A stretch of DNA of 64,000 nucleotides from Octopus sinensis (GCF_006345805.1 NC_043012.1:34968001-35032000); one strand, 5' to 3'. Positions 13,912 to 27,302 are shown, counted from the first letter of the stretch. Notes: a model not told the origin generated them from the sequence alone. Numbers and translations: made by a program.

Positions 13912-14341
13912 TTAACTTGAAAAGTTGGCCATCTTATTCTGATCTGGGATTCTCCAGCTAATATGCTTTAAGAGGGAAAGAGAAGAGCTTTATGAGTCCA
14001 ATGTCAGATGCCATGTTTTCATGTTACTACAAGAGTTTAGACGGAATGCGGAGGACTTAATTCTGATCACAGAGACGTTATCAAAACATAATTGACAGAT
14101 TTAAAGGCAAAGAAAGAAACAAACAAAGGCTCTGATATGAACAAAATTGGTATTTCTACTATTAACAGAGCCAGCCCAGCTATTAGCCATCTTAATTCCA
14201 ATGTTGGCACAAATTTACTGAAGTTTTTCTATATCAAGTTAGGTTGTTTGACATAACCCAACTGAGAAATACAATATTTAACACAAGAAACATTATCCAA
14301 TATAAACATACAATATGTATTCTACTAAATGTTAGCTTCAT

Positions 14342-14372
14342 GATATATATATATATATACATATATACATAT

Positions 14373-14406
<34 letters not shown>

Positions 14407-14407
14407 T
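14342..14407. repeat. (AT)n microsatellite
   Basis: Direct reading. Confidence 0.9.
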
Positions 14408-14880
14408 CATCTTATCTTAGCACTACTCAAATGTATACAAGCTGTATTTATACAAGTCAATATTCCTAACCATTCTCAAACTACACCCAATAAAGCTATC
14501 AACATTTTATTCAAAGTTCTAAAGCTTCTACAAAATATTTTTATAAAACGTCTAAAAGGGGGATGTTTTATGGTTTTTAGATGAAATATCAGTGCAAACA
14601 TAAACAATACATTTGTAAACGAGAAATAAATGTGATTCTGAGGGGCTCGCGTTTGGACGTCTTTTCTGTTGGCATCGCCACTGAAAACCATAAAAGACAA
14701 ATTCTCCATTCTTCTGCAGTTTAGTCTTCAAAAGCTGAATAAGTTTAAAACTAATTAATTTGAATAAACGTGAGAGATTTTAGATAAACTTTGCTATGAC
14801 TAAGATTGATTGTATGATCTACTTTATCATTCTGACATAAAGGAAATAAATCTAAAGATGATGCTTAGAATCTAAAGCTC

Positions 14881-14984
14881 AAGATTGGAGCCTGGTGCAA
14901 CCATCTGGTTCGCCAGCCCTCAGTCAAAATCGTCCAACCCATGCTAGCATGGAAAGCGGATGCTAAACGATGATGATGATGATG
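14881..14984 (+). mobile_element. Family A 3' end
   Basis: Homology. Confidence 0.75.
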
Positions 14985-15854
14985 TCTCTACACTTGTCCC
15001 AGTACTTTGTCATGTATTCTCTGAGGCTCAGCAGCCTATGATCAGCTTTCATCACTTCAAGTTTTCTTGATCTTCCTCCTTAGCAGTCGTAAGTATATGT
15101 CATGATAGCTTAAAAAAATATGGAAGAGAAGACAAAAACTATACAAATGTTTGTTTACTATTATATAATGGATATAATAAAACAATCTCCCAATTGTTTT
15201 GTAAATTGCTTTCCAAACAAATTTTCCGCTTAATATTACTTTTTAACATATTTTTTCCCCTTCTGCCCATCTTTGTATTTTAATTAAAATTACTTAAACC
15301 TGTAAAAAACCCACCCTCTGTAAATATGAATAATTGAAATCATATTTATTATTTTAATAAATAGTTTTGTTTATGTTTGTTAGTATAGCATGTTTTAGAG
15401 ATGTGTATGTGTTGTATGTAAATGTGTATACATACATATACTCATGTACACACCCAAACACACGCACACACACATCATCAACGTTTAATGCCTGCCTTTC
15501 CATGCTGACATGGGACAAACAGAATTTGTTAGGGCACAGTTTCCTGTAGCTGTATGCCTTCTTGTTAGCAACCCTCACTAGTTTCCAAAAATGGTAAAAA
15601 TCTATTAAAGGGCCACAGGGAAAGTGACAAACTTAAAATTAATAGTCAAGAAATCAAATATCCAAAGTTTAACAATAGTATATATACCTATGTGTGTATG
15701 TGTGTGTGTGGTAGAGAAGCTTACTTCCTAACTGTGTGGTCTTAAGTTCAGTCCCAATGTGCAGCACCTTGGGCAAATGTCTTGTTTTCATAAGTTTTGA
15801 ATTAAAATCTTCCACCAAACCTTAGTCACAATTTATGTTCCTAATTGGGGAGGA

Positions 15855-16234
15855 GGAAGCACTCCGTTGGTTACGACGACGAGGGTTCCGGTTGATCCGA
15901 ATCAACGGAACAGCCTGCTTGTGAAATTAACGTGTAAGTGGTTGAGCACTCCACAGACACGTGCACCCTTAACGTAGTTCTCGGGGATATTCAGCGTGAC
16001 ACAGAGTGACAAGGCCGGTCCTTTGAAATACAGGTACAACAGAAACAGGAAGTAAGAGTGAGAGAAAGTTGTGGTGAAAGAGTACAGCAGGGATCACCAC
16101 CATCCCCTGCCGGAGCCTCGTGGAGCTTTAGGTGTTTTCACTCAATAAACACTCCCAATGCCCGGTCTGGGAATCGAAATCGCGATTCTATGACCGCGAG
16201 TCCGCTGCCCTAACCACTGGGCCATTGCACCTCC
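15855..16234 (-). mobile_element. tRNA-derived SINE, head-1 + tail-1, inserted in a piggyBac-type MITE
   Basis: Reverse complement of the 1805 copy; flanks match the MITE at 11909-12129. Confidence 0.85.
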
Positions 16235-16713
16235 ACTATGTTCCAAACACTAGCTTAATGATAACTAAGTTATTTTACTAAATTCTTTGTTATATTTAAA
16301 GTAATTGAAAGAAACACAGAACATCTCAAAATAAATACAGTAACGAAAGGGTTAAGGCAAAATGACAGTAATACACGCACACACACATACACACACACAC
16401 GCACCAAGGTTATTGTGGGAGACATTTGCCCAAGGTGCCATGTAGTAGGACTGAACCTGGAGCTTTGGAAGAAAACATCTTACTACACAGCCATGCATAT
16501 GTTGAGAGGTTGATAAATTCTTTTGTGAAACAAGTGAGATATTTAATCAAAGTTTTATATCTCCACTGATAAATATTCAAAATACTCAGTTTGAGAATGA
16601 GTCATTTGGTAAATGAGTGACATGTAAACAATATGACTGAGAAGAAAAAAATACCTTACACGAGAATTTTGTACACTAAATGCAAATATAGAAAAATATG
16701 ATAGATATAATAT

Positions 16714-17014
16714 CACTGTGACTGACCAGGCTATCAGATGTTGTTACACATCGCTGGTCACAATGCGCTTCACATTGTTTTAGCCTTCAAATGACGCCAC
16801 CCCGCTGGCTAAGCGAGCAGGCCAACAGAAGAAAGAGTGGGAGAAAGTTGTGGCGAAAGAGTACAGCAGGGATCGCCACCACCCCCTGCCGGAGCCTCGT
16901 GGAGCTTTTAGGTGTTTTCGCTCAATAAACACTCCCAACACCCGGTCTGGGAATCGAAACCGCGATCCTACGACCGTGAATCCGCTGCCCTAACCACTGG
17001 GCCATTGCGCCTCC
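16714..17014 (-). mobile_element. tRNA-derived SINE, head-1 + tail-2
   Basis: 5' ~190 nt as in 15855-16234, but a different 3' tail (shared with 32061). Confidence 0.8.
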
Positions 17015-17537
17015 AGATATAATATAGTGATATTAAAAAGAAGAAAAAAATTCTGATTAACTGAGATTATTCTGGCAATTAGTAGACAAAATCTGTTTTT
17101 AGGGCAGCTTAAAGTCTAAAAACAACAAAAGAGATCTTGTTTAAGTTCTGTCAGTGGGTTTGTTATTTGAGAGTTTAAATTAGTATTTATGTCTGATAAT
17201 GTTTAACAGCATTTATAGTCAAAATCTTAGTTGTTTATTCATATATACACATATAAGCAGACACAGCTACACACGTACCACACACACACACACACACATG
17301 TATTGACACACAAATATGCATACATACGTGCATATTTTAAGTGGCAGTTACTTCAATGTTCCATTATTTAAAAAAATTAATCTTTATATCATGTATTGAG
17401 TTCTTTTCTGTTAATATATATAAATACAGATATCCAAACTAATCTTCACATGTATGTCTGTGAGTGAGTATACATATAGGTGAATGAATTCAATATATAT
17501 ATTATATGTATATATGCACTCCTATAAATATTACTTA

Positions 17538-17923
17538 TACTCTTTTACTTGTTTCAGTCATGTGACTTTGGCCATGCAGGAGCACCGCCTTTTAGTCAAG
17601 CAAATTGACCCCAGGACTTATTCTTTGTAAGCCTAGTACTTATTCTATCGGTAACTTTTGCCGAACTGCTAAGTTACGGGGACGTAAACACACCAACATC
17701 GGTTCTCAAGCAATGTTGGGGGAACAAACACAAACATACACACATACATATACATATATACAACGGGCTTCTTTCAGTTTCCGTCTACCAAATCCACTCA
17801 CAAGGCTTTGGTCAGCCTGAGATTATAGTAGAAGACACTTGCCCAAGGTGCCACGCAGTGGGACTGAACCCGGAACCATGTGGTTTGTAAGCAAGCTACT
17901 TACCACACAGCCACTCCTACGCC
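17538..17923 (-). mobile_element. SINE family B
   Basis: Homology to the 6608 copy. Confidence 0.85.
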
Positions 17924-18440
17924 TATACGTGTGCAGAAAGATCTTTAAAGAGAAGTACCCAACTGCTTCATCAGAATATCACCACAGACACCTGAATCAG
18001 CCAGATTCAGAAAGAAAACAAATCAGTTTAGATGTCTTCTATAAATAAAATCTCATAAATGAAGTTTGTTATGAATAAAAACAAAGACCAATTTTTAATA
18101 CAACCGCTGTTCTAAAATGAAATTAGATCAACAAACTTTCTCAACAGAAGCTAACACTTTGGCAGTTGGCTCTTCAAAAACAAATGAATAATGAGGAGTT
18201 ATGCTGAGAAAATTATGCTAATAAACTGAACTAGACATCTGAAAAAAATTTGTTTGTATCTAAAATAGCGAAAATTGTGGTTTTGGTAGTTTTTAACTGT
18301 TTTGTGGTTCATATTTCTAACAAACTACACAACCCGTGTACTCCAATTAATTTTGAAAATAATCAAGACCTTGGAGGGAGACTGTAAAACAACTAAGATT
18401 TTAATTATTTAATCTGGTATTTGGAGTGTAATAGTAAGTT

Positions 18441-19064
18441 CATCATCATCATCGTTTAACGTCTGCTTTCCAATGCTAGCATGGGTTGGACGATTTTGAT
18501 TGAGGGCTGGTGAACCAGACGGCCGCATCAGGCTCCAATCCTGATCTAGCAGAGTTTCTACAGCTGGATGTCCTTCCTAATGCCAACCACTCCGAGAGTG
18601 TCATGGGTGCTTTTTACATGCCACTGGCACAGGGCCAGTCAGGTGGTACTGGCAATGACCTCGCTTGAATCTTTTTACACATGCCACCGGCACAGGTGCC
18701 AGTGAAGCGACGTTGGTAATGATCACGCTTGAATGGTGCCCTTTTACGTACCACGGGCATGGAAGCTAGTTGGCTGCTCTGGCAACAATCATGCTCGGAT
18801 GGTGTTCTTGGCACCCTACTAGTACAGGCAGTTGGCTGCTCTGGCAACGATCACGCTCAGATGGTGCTCTTGGCACCCTACTAACATGGGCACAAGTGCC
18901 AGTAAGGTGAAGCTGGTAACGATCACACTCGAATGGTGCAATTTATGTGCCACTGGCATGGAAGCCGGTTAGCTGCTCTGTCAACAATCACCCTCGTATG
19001 GTGCTCTTTTCACCCAGCTAGCACGGATACCAGTCGTCGAATTTGATTTTGTTTTCACTTGCCT
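18441..19064 (-). mobile_element. Family A, near full length
   Basis: Homology including the gatttt..cacttgcc 5' segment. Confidence 0.85.
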
Positions 19065-19481
19065 ATTATAGGAGTTTTCATTTGAGCCCTTTAAAACAGG
19101 TGGTGCCATATCACAGAATATGAAGTGGTCTCAGGGAATTAGTGTCAAAAAGGTTAGATATTAAGGGACTGAGCATTCGGCTTTCATGGGCTCTTCAAGA
19201 CTTGTGACACTAACATCATTAACAGTTGCAAGTTGATGGCTGCAGGGAAAACAGTTTCAGATGACCAACATTCTGAAAACGAAGGACTAAATACAGCAGT
19301 TAGTGTGTCTCCTAAGAGTGAGTAAAGAGAAAAAAAGAGAGATGAATAAATAGGGAGTCCTTGAGTGTCAGTGATGCAAAACCAACTATTTCTGAAAAGC
19401 AGAGGTCATTGTAGTTGAGGTAGAAAAAGTAGAGAAAGGAGATGGAATGTCTGTGAGAAGTAAACTGCCAGGAATAATGAG

Positions 19482-19710
19482 GTGGTGAACTGGCAGAATC
19501 GTTAGCATGCCAGGCGAAATGCTTGGCAGTATTTCGTCTGCCGTTACGTTCTGAGTTCAAATTCCGCCAAGGTCGACTTTACCTTTCATCTTTTTGGGGT
19601 CGATAAATTAAGCACCAGTGACGCACTGGGGTCGATGTAATTGACTTAATCCCTTTGTCTGTCCTTGTTTGTCTCCTCTGTGTTTAGCCCCTTGTGGGTA
19701 GTAAAGAAAT
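19482..19710 (+). mobile_element. SINE family C with a 12-bp TSD
   Basis: aggaataatgag at 19470-19481 and 19711-19722. Confidence 0.88.
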
Positions 19711-20865
19711 AGGAATAATGAGTGATCAATTAGCAAAGCTGACTCAAAGAGCATAAGGTCAGCATGAGAGACGTAGGGTAGTACATTGTGTGGATTATGC
19801 ACTGAGTAGTTGTATAAAGGTAATGTTTAAGTAATTCTGTAGGTGACAGAGGTAGTGATGACGGTAGAGATGGAGATGAAGATGATAAATTTGGTAGAGG
19901 CTGAGTTTGGTCCAGGGTATCTGAAGTGTGTGTGTGTGTTAATCAAAGTATCTTTCCTACCACTTGTACAAGAGGTGCAAGGGACAAATTCTGACAGCCA
20001 AGGCCCAAAGAGAATTCCTTGACAAAGGCAAAAAAAGCTCCTGAACAGACTGAGTTATCCTGCTGAGGTGCAAATGATCTGATTCTTCTCAGACAAAAAA
20101 ATAACTTCTACTAAGCCCAATTATATGACACTGAACAACAGGTGATGACCGACAATTCATGTGATGTTCCATGTATTCATGAAATATTTTGGTTAGTCCA
20201 AGGCTATAGAAGGCACTCGGCCAAGGTGTCACAAAGTGGAACTGGATCCTAAACCATGAAGTTGGGAAGCACTAGTCCAATAAGTTTTTCTAATTCAGTC
20301 GAATAGAAGAAGCACTCATAGATTAGGTAATAGAGTAGATATTTATTTGTAGAATATTATAAATTTAGTATCATAATGCTAGCAGCAAATTCGTGTTGAA
20401 GAACCTTTTAAGTGTGGAAAGGTAAATTAACAGTTGGTAGAAATGGCTGAATGGAACGGTATAACTTCGGCCTTCTTTCTTAATTTATTTATTTAATTAT
20501 TTATTGGATGTGTGAAAACGCTAAATAGGGTTTATGAAACTCAGAGATAAAAGACAGTGAAAAATGACGTAAAAGAGTGAAGGAAAAAAACACGGTTGTC
20601 CCGTAAGCTCGTTACAGTTATGTCCCTTACATCGGTTTCTCCCGTCATTAGCCTGCGTGTCATCATTGAAACAGCGACTGTAAGTCCAGTTGTTTTGTTT
20701 TTTAGTATGTAATTGAAGAATGAAGGGGGAATAATAGTGAGGTGGTGACGGTTAAAGAGAAAGAGATGGAGTAGGGGTGGGCTTTTTTTTAAAAACAAAA
20801 CATGCACAGGTACGTATATGTATGGATGTGGGGAAAATACTTCTCTCGTTCTACCATGATGATGA

Positions 20866-21012
20866 TCATCATCATCGTTTAACGTCCGCTTTCCATGCTA
20901 GCATGGGTTGGACGGTTTGACTGAGGGCAGGCGAACCAGATGGCTGCACCAGGCTCCAGTCTTGATCTGGCAGAGTTTCTACAGCTACTTACCACACAGC
21001 CACTCCTACACC
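20866..21012 (-). mobile_element. Chimera of a family B head and a family A 3' end
   Basis: Junction at the shared agct, 20983-20986. Confidence 0.7.
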
Positions 21013-21216
21013 TATCAAGAACATTATATAACATAGGCAATATAAGTTCAGCATGGCCCATGAAATTTTCCAAAAGTCCTAATGTAGTCTATGAAGTTAG
21101 AATATAACCCATCCCTAATATGGCAGTTCTAGCAATGACCCAGTAGAAACTCTGAGCTGAAAGTGCTTACAGTTTTGTTTTTTTTTGTAAAAAATAACAA
21201 TATTTTAAAAACTTAC

Positions 21217-21322
21217 AGTGGACTGCTGCCACAAAATGTTCCAGTGCATCACTATAATGTTCCAAAGCAGTGGGAACATTACCAGCTTTATCTTCTGTCA
21301 CAGCAGTGCTGATACATTTAGC
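21217..21322 (-). CDS. ULK3: ULK3 exon 8 (AKCISTAVTEDKAGNVPTALEHYSDALEHFVAAVH), MIT domain 1
   Basis: ttattatag| and |gtaagt; 106 nt; A-x3-D-x2-G-x4-A-x2-Y MIT pattern. Confidence 0.92.
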
Positions 21323-21568
21323 CTATAATAAAAAGAAGAATATACAAATACAACTAAATTTAAAGTAAGACCATAGAAATGGCATTTATAACATGTTCAT
21401 TTAAGGCTAAGTGGATAGCATATTAGTTTGTTTGACTTATAGATGGTGGAAGCAAATGCAGTTGCTAGCATTCAACTTTGATCTCTACAAGGTTCTAATT
21501 CTAGCTGCATCAACCTTGTTAGATATAAGGGGGTGAAGATTGACTCAATATTTTCAATATAAAATATA

Positions 21569-21885
21569 GTCAGAAAACAGCACAGCTCCTATGACCTTCG
21601 GAAACATTTTTTCACGCTAAGAGTTGCTGAAGCATGGAACAAACTACCAGCATCAGTTGTTAGTTATCGGAACACTGCATCCTTCAAAACGTCCATGCTT
21701 CCTGAGATTCGCCAACACTACACCTGACTTTCTCCCCTTCCATACACACGCAAGCATGTATCTGACTCATACACTGTTCACTTCCCAGACATTTGTACAT
21801 TACTGCATATACTCTATACGCACTTTTGACAAGCTGTGGTGCACCTGAGCACTGTATACAATAATTTCATTATTATTTATTATTA
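21569..21885 (+). mobile_element. CR1-clade LINE 3' end, short copy of the 39600-40200 family
   Basis: FFTLRVAEAWNKLPASVVS; (ATT)n tail. Confidence 0.85.
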
Positions 21886-22049
21886 TATTCATACAGAGTC
21901 CAGGGATTGCTCATAAGATGTAGGAATACACTTTCTGTTTCTTAACAAATATAGTGTATTAATGAATAAGGTGTCAGTTGGTTCATTTTGAGTCAAATCA
22001 TATACCATGTCTGATATATTTCACCTTTGCATTGAATTATTCTTATATT

Positions 22050-22900
22050 AGGCCACCAAGAAAGAAGTTAGGATCCAAGGAAACATGAATTGTATGTATC
22101 ATGCCAAACAAGAAGTTCAGGCTTATCACAAAACCACTGGAGCCAAAAGTTGGAAGGTACTGCACTGGGGCTCGAGTTTCAAAGAGACAAAACAGGTGTG
22201 TTGGTGTTTCAGAGACGAGATAAGATTCTGGAGCTGGGTACCAGTGCCAACAGACAAGAACTATTCTCAGTGTGTGGGAGACTGGTGGCTCACTCTCCAG
22301 TCATGGGGTGGCTTCAAACAGCATTCAGTTACGTCAAGAGGTAAGTGGATGGGTCAAACTGGGGAGACAATGAGGATGGTGGAGACGATGTAGAAGATCC
22401 AAGAATCCTAGAGAGAGTAGGAGCAGAAGAGGAAGATCCTAGAAACCTAGAGAGGGTAAGAGGAGAAGAGGAAGATCCTAGAATCCTAGAGAGGGTAAGA
22501 GCAGGAGAGGAAGATCCTAGTATCCTAGAGAGGGTAAGAGCAGAAGAGGAAGATCCTAGTATCCCAGAGAGGGTAAGAGCAGGAGAGGAAGATCCTAGTA
22601 TCCTAGAGAGGGTAAGAGCAGAAGAGGAAGATCCTAGAATCCTAGAGAGGGTAAGAAGAAACTGATATGTGCTCAAATTGGAGAACAGGACCATATGATG
22701 AGATGTGAGCAGCTTGGTAATGGGGGTTGTCCTGGAAATTGGGGGTGTTGAAATGGAGGACACAGCCTGGCTCTGAAGAACAGATGTAGAAGTGTGAACT
22801 AGAAAGGGAATTAACTATGGTTTCTAGCGACGGGTTGGACAAGTTGGGTGCATCTCAATAAACTTCAACCAGCCTCTGTGATTCTGACACGATAGATTAT
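22050..22900 (-). mobile_element. Probable decayed Penelope-like element N-terminal region containing a 39-bp tandem repeat
   Basis: Broken translations RARLCPP..NTPNFQDNPHY and LQNLISSL..EPQCSTFQLL resemble the PLE pre-RT region; weak. Confidence 0.4.
22392..22660. repeat. 39-bp minisatellite, about 7 copies
   Basis: gaagatcctag(a/t)atcctagagagggtaagagca.. period 39 (22510 to 22549). Confidence 0.92.
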
Positions 22901-23044
22901 TTTAGATTGATAAAAAAGATAGAAAAATGGTCCAGCTTTCAATTTTCAAAGGTGATCCAAATAGCTAAAATTATTGACCCTTGACCCTAAACTAATAAAT
23001 CTGAACAACAGATAAGTTAAAGAAGGAAGGGAAAAGAAACTCAC

Positions 23045-23200
23045 AGCTTTTTCCAAAGATTCTGAAGATGGAGCATGAACCAGATCAATAAATGGATGGC
23101 AGAAGAATTCAGTGAATTTGATCCGTTTGTCTGGGTCCCTTTTTAGCAAGGAGAGGAGTAAATCCCGACAATTGTCAGAAACTTCAACTCCATATGGAAG
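23045..23200 (-). CDS. ULK3: ULK3 exon 7 (LPYGVEVSDNCRDLLLSLLKRDPDKRIKFTEFFCHPFIDLVHAPSSESLEKA), end of kinase domain
   Basis: Inside ORF 22946..23212(-); ctttgcag| and |gtgagt; 156 nt. Confidence 0.94.
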
Positions 23201-23404
23201 CTGCAAAGACACAACATAATTAATGGAGAATAAATATGTTTTTTAATGATTTGATGAAGAATGCAACAACAGAAACACATTAGATTTACAAGAGATATGG
23301 TATTGCTATAAAATAAATAAACATGTCTGTAATTGATAATTAGCCTCAACTTCCGGGTTTTCCATCTATAAGTTATTTTTATTGTTTTATTCATGAAAGG
23401 CAAT

Positions 23405-23580
23405 CACTTTCATTGTCATTTTATTTGTTCTCTTATCGTTCTCTTTTGCTGAACCACTAAGTTACAGGGACATAAACACACCAACACCAATTGTCAAGCA
23501 GTAGTGGGGGACAAACACAAAGACACACACACACAGAGAAAAGGCTTCTTTTAGTTTCCATCAACTAAATCCACTCACAA
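23405..23580 (-). mobile_element. SINE family B fragment
   Basis: Partial homology. Confidence 0.6.
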
Positions 23581-23619
23581 AGACCTACCTACCACAACAC
23601 AGTTGAAGTCCTAAAACCT

Positions 23620-24066
23620 AAGTGCCATGTAAAAAGCATACATGTGCATGCTGGTGCCATGTAAAAAGCACCCAGTATACTCTGTAAAGTGGTTGGCATT
23701 AGGAAGGGCATCCAACTATGGGAACCAAGTCATAACAGATTATGGAACCTGGTGCAGCCCCTAGCTTCGTCATTTCCTGTCAAGCTGTCCAACTCATTCA
23801 GCATGGAAACAGACATTAAATGATGATGATGATATTTGATGAACAGCATCATCATCCTCAACATCATCGTTTAACGTCCACTTTCCATGCTAGCATGGGT
23901 TGTACGGTTCGACCAGGGTCTGGGAAGCCAGGAGGCTGCACCAGGCTCCAGTCTGATCTGGCAGTGTTTCTACACCTGGATGCCCTTCCTAACACCAACC
24001 ACTCCGTGAGTGTAGTGGGTGCTTTTTACATGCCACCGGCATGGGGGCTGGATGAGGCTGGCAAAT
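23620..24066. mobile_element. Two family A fragments tail-to-tail (23620-23835 +, 23846-24066 -)
   Basis: (GAT)n tail followed by a (CAT)n tail. Confidence 0.75.
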
Positions 24067-24446
24067 GGCCAAAAATTATGAGAAAATTTAACTCAGGTGG
24101 AAAGGAATAAATTTTATTCAATTAATGGCGCTAAAAGATGGTGTATGATGAATGATGAAGCTGAAATCAATGGGAAAAGGACGAGAATTGTTAATCAAGA
24201 AAGAAAGCAAAACATGAATGACAATGATAGGCAAGAATAATTTGTACAAATGACATTGGAAAATCCCAAAATGGGCTGTGGAATTTCCCGGGTACTGCTA
24301 CTTGATATTAAAGCAAGGATTTTGTAATAAAAAAAGGTATCGTTCTCATAATTGTGTGATTTATTATTAAAGGAAAGGAATATGATAATGCGGATGAAGA
24401 AGATAATGATAAAAATGAGAAAAACATAGTAAGGCTTTTTCTTTAC

Positions 24447-24529
24447 CGCAATGGGCCAGCTATCAGTGATTTTTTCTTCCAGTTCTGTAAAACTTCTGGA
24501 TGCAAATGGTGCTTGGCCAAAAAGGCACT
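24447..24529 (-). CDS. ULK3: ULK3 exon 6 (ECLFGQAPFASRSFTELEEKITDSWPIA)
   Basis: tttttag| and |gtaaag; 83 nt; phase 1 in, phase 0 out. Confidence 0.92.
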
Positions 24530-24582
24530 CTAAAAATGAAAATGGAAAACTATTACTAAACAGAATTATTAAACATTAATAT

Positions 24583-24967
24583 ATTATATATAAAAGTGAG
24601 GTTGTGTGCTGTCTGTCTCCTACGATTTAGATTCCTAACTACTCCCACATTTTGCGGTGCAGTTTAACCAAAACCGGGTATCTTATAGTCGTGATTCACA
24701 TCGAGCCCTTCTGGGTATTAGCGCGCGTCTACGATGAGTCTACAATTTAAAAAAAATTTACCATCAATTTTTCCCATTTTTAATGCATTTTTGGCATATA
24801 TAAGGGAAGTAACTCTCTAAAAAATTATTATTAAATCTCAGAACGTAAAAAGCTACAGTAACACCCCATCCTTTGTGGTTAGCCATATTGAGATGGCTAT
24901 TATCTCTAAAAATTCTTATATAGTTATTTCCCTTACAAACCCGAGCAACGCCGGGCGATACTGCTAG
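24583..24967 (+). mobile_element. Non-autonomous Helitron
   Basis: 3' hairpin cccgagcaacgccggg followed by CTAG|T; 5' end approximate. Confidence 0.75.
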
Positions 24968-25223
24968 TATATTATATTAAAACATTACTAAGGATTTCTA
25001 GCTTAGTAACAAAGCCATAAATTCTGGGTGGGATGTGTGTTGTTAATTTAACGAACCCCGAAAGGATGAGAGGCAAAGTCAATCCTAACAGGATTGGAAT
25101 ATAAAATATAACTAAATACTGCCAAGTGTCTTGTTTGATTCTTCCAAATAAGGAAGTCTTTGCAATAGTCATAGGTCCTGCAAGAAATAACAGCTCACAC
25201 TCCTTCAAATCACAATCTATAGT

Positions 25224-25452
25224 TTTACGTAAAAAGCAACAACTGATCGCGGCCGTTGCCAGCCTTGCCTGGCATGTAAAAAGCACCCACTACACTCACG
25301 ACGTGGTTGGCGTTAGGAAGGGCATCCAGCTGTAGAAACACTGCCAGATCAGACAGGAGCCTGGTGCAGCCTCCTGGCTTCCCAAACCCCGACCGAACCG
25401 TCCAACCCATGCAAGCATGGAAAACGGACGTTAAACGATGATGATGATGATG
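25224..25452 (+). mobile_element. Family A, 5'-truncated
   Basis: Homology. Confidence 0.8.
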
Positions 25453-26253
25453 AAGGACACATTAGGTAATGTATTTCTATAAAAACAGGATGGCCCCATC
25501 TGCTCAATCAGGACTAACATGGGACTAAACAGCAACCAACCGGCCCATCTGCATTGTTCTTGTTTTCCAACACTTCTCTGGCAAAGTTTGTGACAGAAGC
25601 AGAGGTCCAGAGAGCAATTAAATTTCTCTCAAATAGCAAGGTACCAGTCAGTCGAAGCTTTAAAACTTACAATATAGAGATAATACAATAATAATCACTA
25701 CAAAAAAATGTGCCTTGCATCAACTTACGGTTAACTATGTTTTTTTTCATAGAAGGGAAATAACTCTTCCTTTTTTAAGGAAAATAATAGCTCTTGATAA
25801 AGTAAGCCTTAATAATAATTAAAATTGAGAAAGCACGTGTAAAAGAGAAATATTACGATGGCTACATAATGCAATACAACTGCTTGGTGCACCCTCGACT
25901 TGGTGGCCAGCCTAATGCGCTCCTCAAGCTGAAACATTGTGATAATGTACTTAACATGAAACCCTACAAACTTAGGTTGCCTGAATTAAGGACAGAAGGA
26001 AAGCTATAAGAATACTAAAAGCTTTATTTTTGATAGTTTGGCAGCCCCATTCAAAAGATGCCAAAACAGAAATCTCTTGAAGAACTTACTACATATCTAG
26101 AGATTAAAAAGTTTCCAACACTATGTCTAACGATTTTTATCATTGGGAATTCTCAATCAAAAACAAACATTTAAAAACACATTAATACAAAAACAAATAA
26201 GGGAGTTGAAAATACACAAATGAAACATAAATAATTCTTCAATTATTATTTAC

Positions 26254-26397
26254 CATAAAAAATGACGCCAATAGACCACAGGTCCACTCGACTGTCATAT
26301 TTCCGCTTGCAGAGGATTTCTGGTGCCATATATAACAAAGAACCTCTCAAAGAATGCATTTCGGTACCTTCTAACATATGTTTAGCAAATCCGAAAT
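26254..26397 (-). CDS. ULK3: ULK3 exon 5 (DFGFAKHMLEGTEMHSLRGSLLYMAPEILCKRKYDSRVDLWSIGVIFY)
   Basis: DFG, APE and DLWSIG motifs; ttttccag| and |gtaaat; 144 nt; not in the ORF track. Confidence 0.95.
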
Positions 26398-26865
26398 CTG
26401 GAAAAGAAATTATGTGATATCTTAAATGATAACTTCTTAGATTGGTTTGAGACTACATACCTACCTGGAGAAGTAAACCTAATATTTACCTGGTAATTAT
26501 TTTCTTGATTCTTGAGTCTAAGTAGCCTCTGCAGTATTTCACCTCATAATGGAGGGAATCAAATTAAATACTGTTTAGCATTTATCCTGTATTTTGCTAT
26601 TTCCATCTTATAATTATTGTAAGATTACAAAAATATTTAAGAGAGAATACAGTCAAATGCATAAAATTACTTTCCTAATAACTCCAGTAGTTATCATGCT
26701 AATTACATCTCCACCAACTCTTTCATCTGTTGTGAGCAGACCAGATTTTTCATAGCACTAAGTGGATGAAAATGTAAATCTTCACTGTTTATTGTAGGCA
26801 ACATTTCTTGAAGACTGGATGCCTGTCCTCTACAGGTAGCTGAATTTAGGTGCATTTTATGTGCT

Positions 26866-27302
26866 CATCATCATCATTGTTCGACCGTGGTCGAGACAAT
26901 GGAATTTACTATACTACGCCAGACTTCACAGTCCATCATAGCATTACGGAAGTCCTGTTGCTGGATGCCTGTATCCCTGGAGATTACATCAGGGTAGGAT
27001 AGTGTGCGCCCTCTGGTATTGCGAGCAGATGGCTTCCAGAGGAGAAGAGTAGAAATTACCTTGTTTTCAGCTCTACAACAATGTCCAGCAAACTGGAATC
27101 TTCTGCCTTTCACAAGAGATGATACAGGTGATAGTTTCCCATATATTTGTACTTTGGTTGGATGATGCTTCCACGAGAGATTTTGAGCTCTCATAAGGAG
27201 GCGAGTGTAAGTTCCATCCAACTGCCTCTCAAGCTTCTTTGACAACGTCCAGGTTTCTGAGCCATATAATAGAATTGGTTCGACTGTGGCTTTACGTGCT
27301 AC
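26866..27302 (-). mobile_element. RTE-clade LINE 3' end
   Basis: ORF 26874..27245 (LDGTYTRLLMRAQNLSWKHHPT..RRFQFAGHCCR); (TGA)n tail. Confidence 0.85.
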
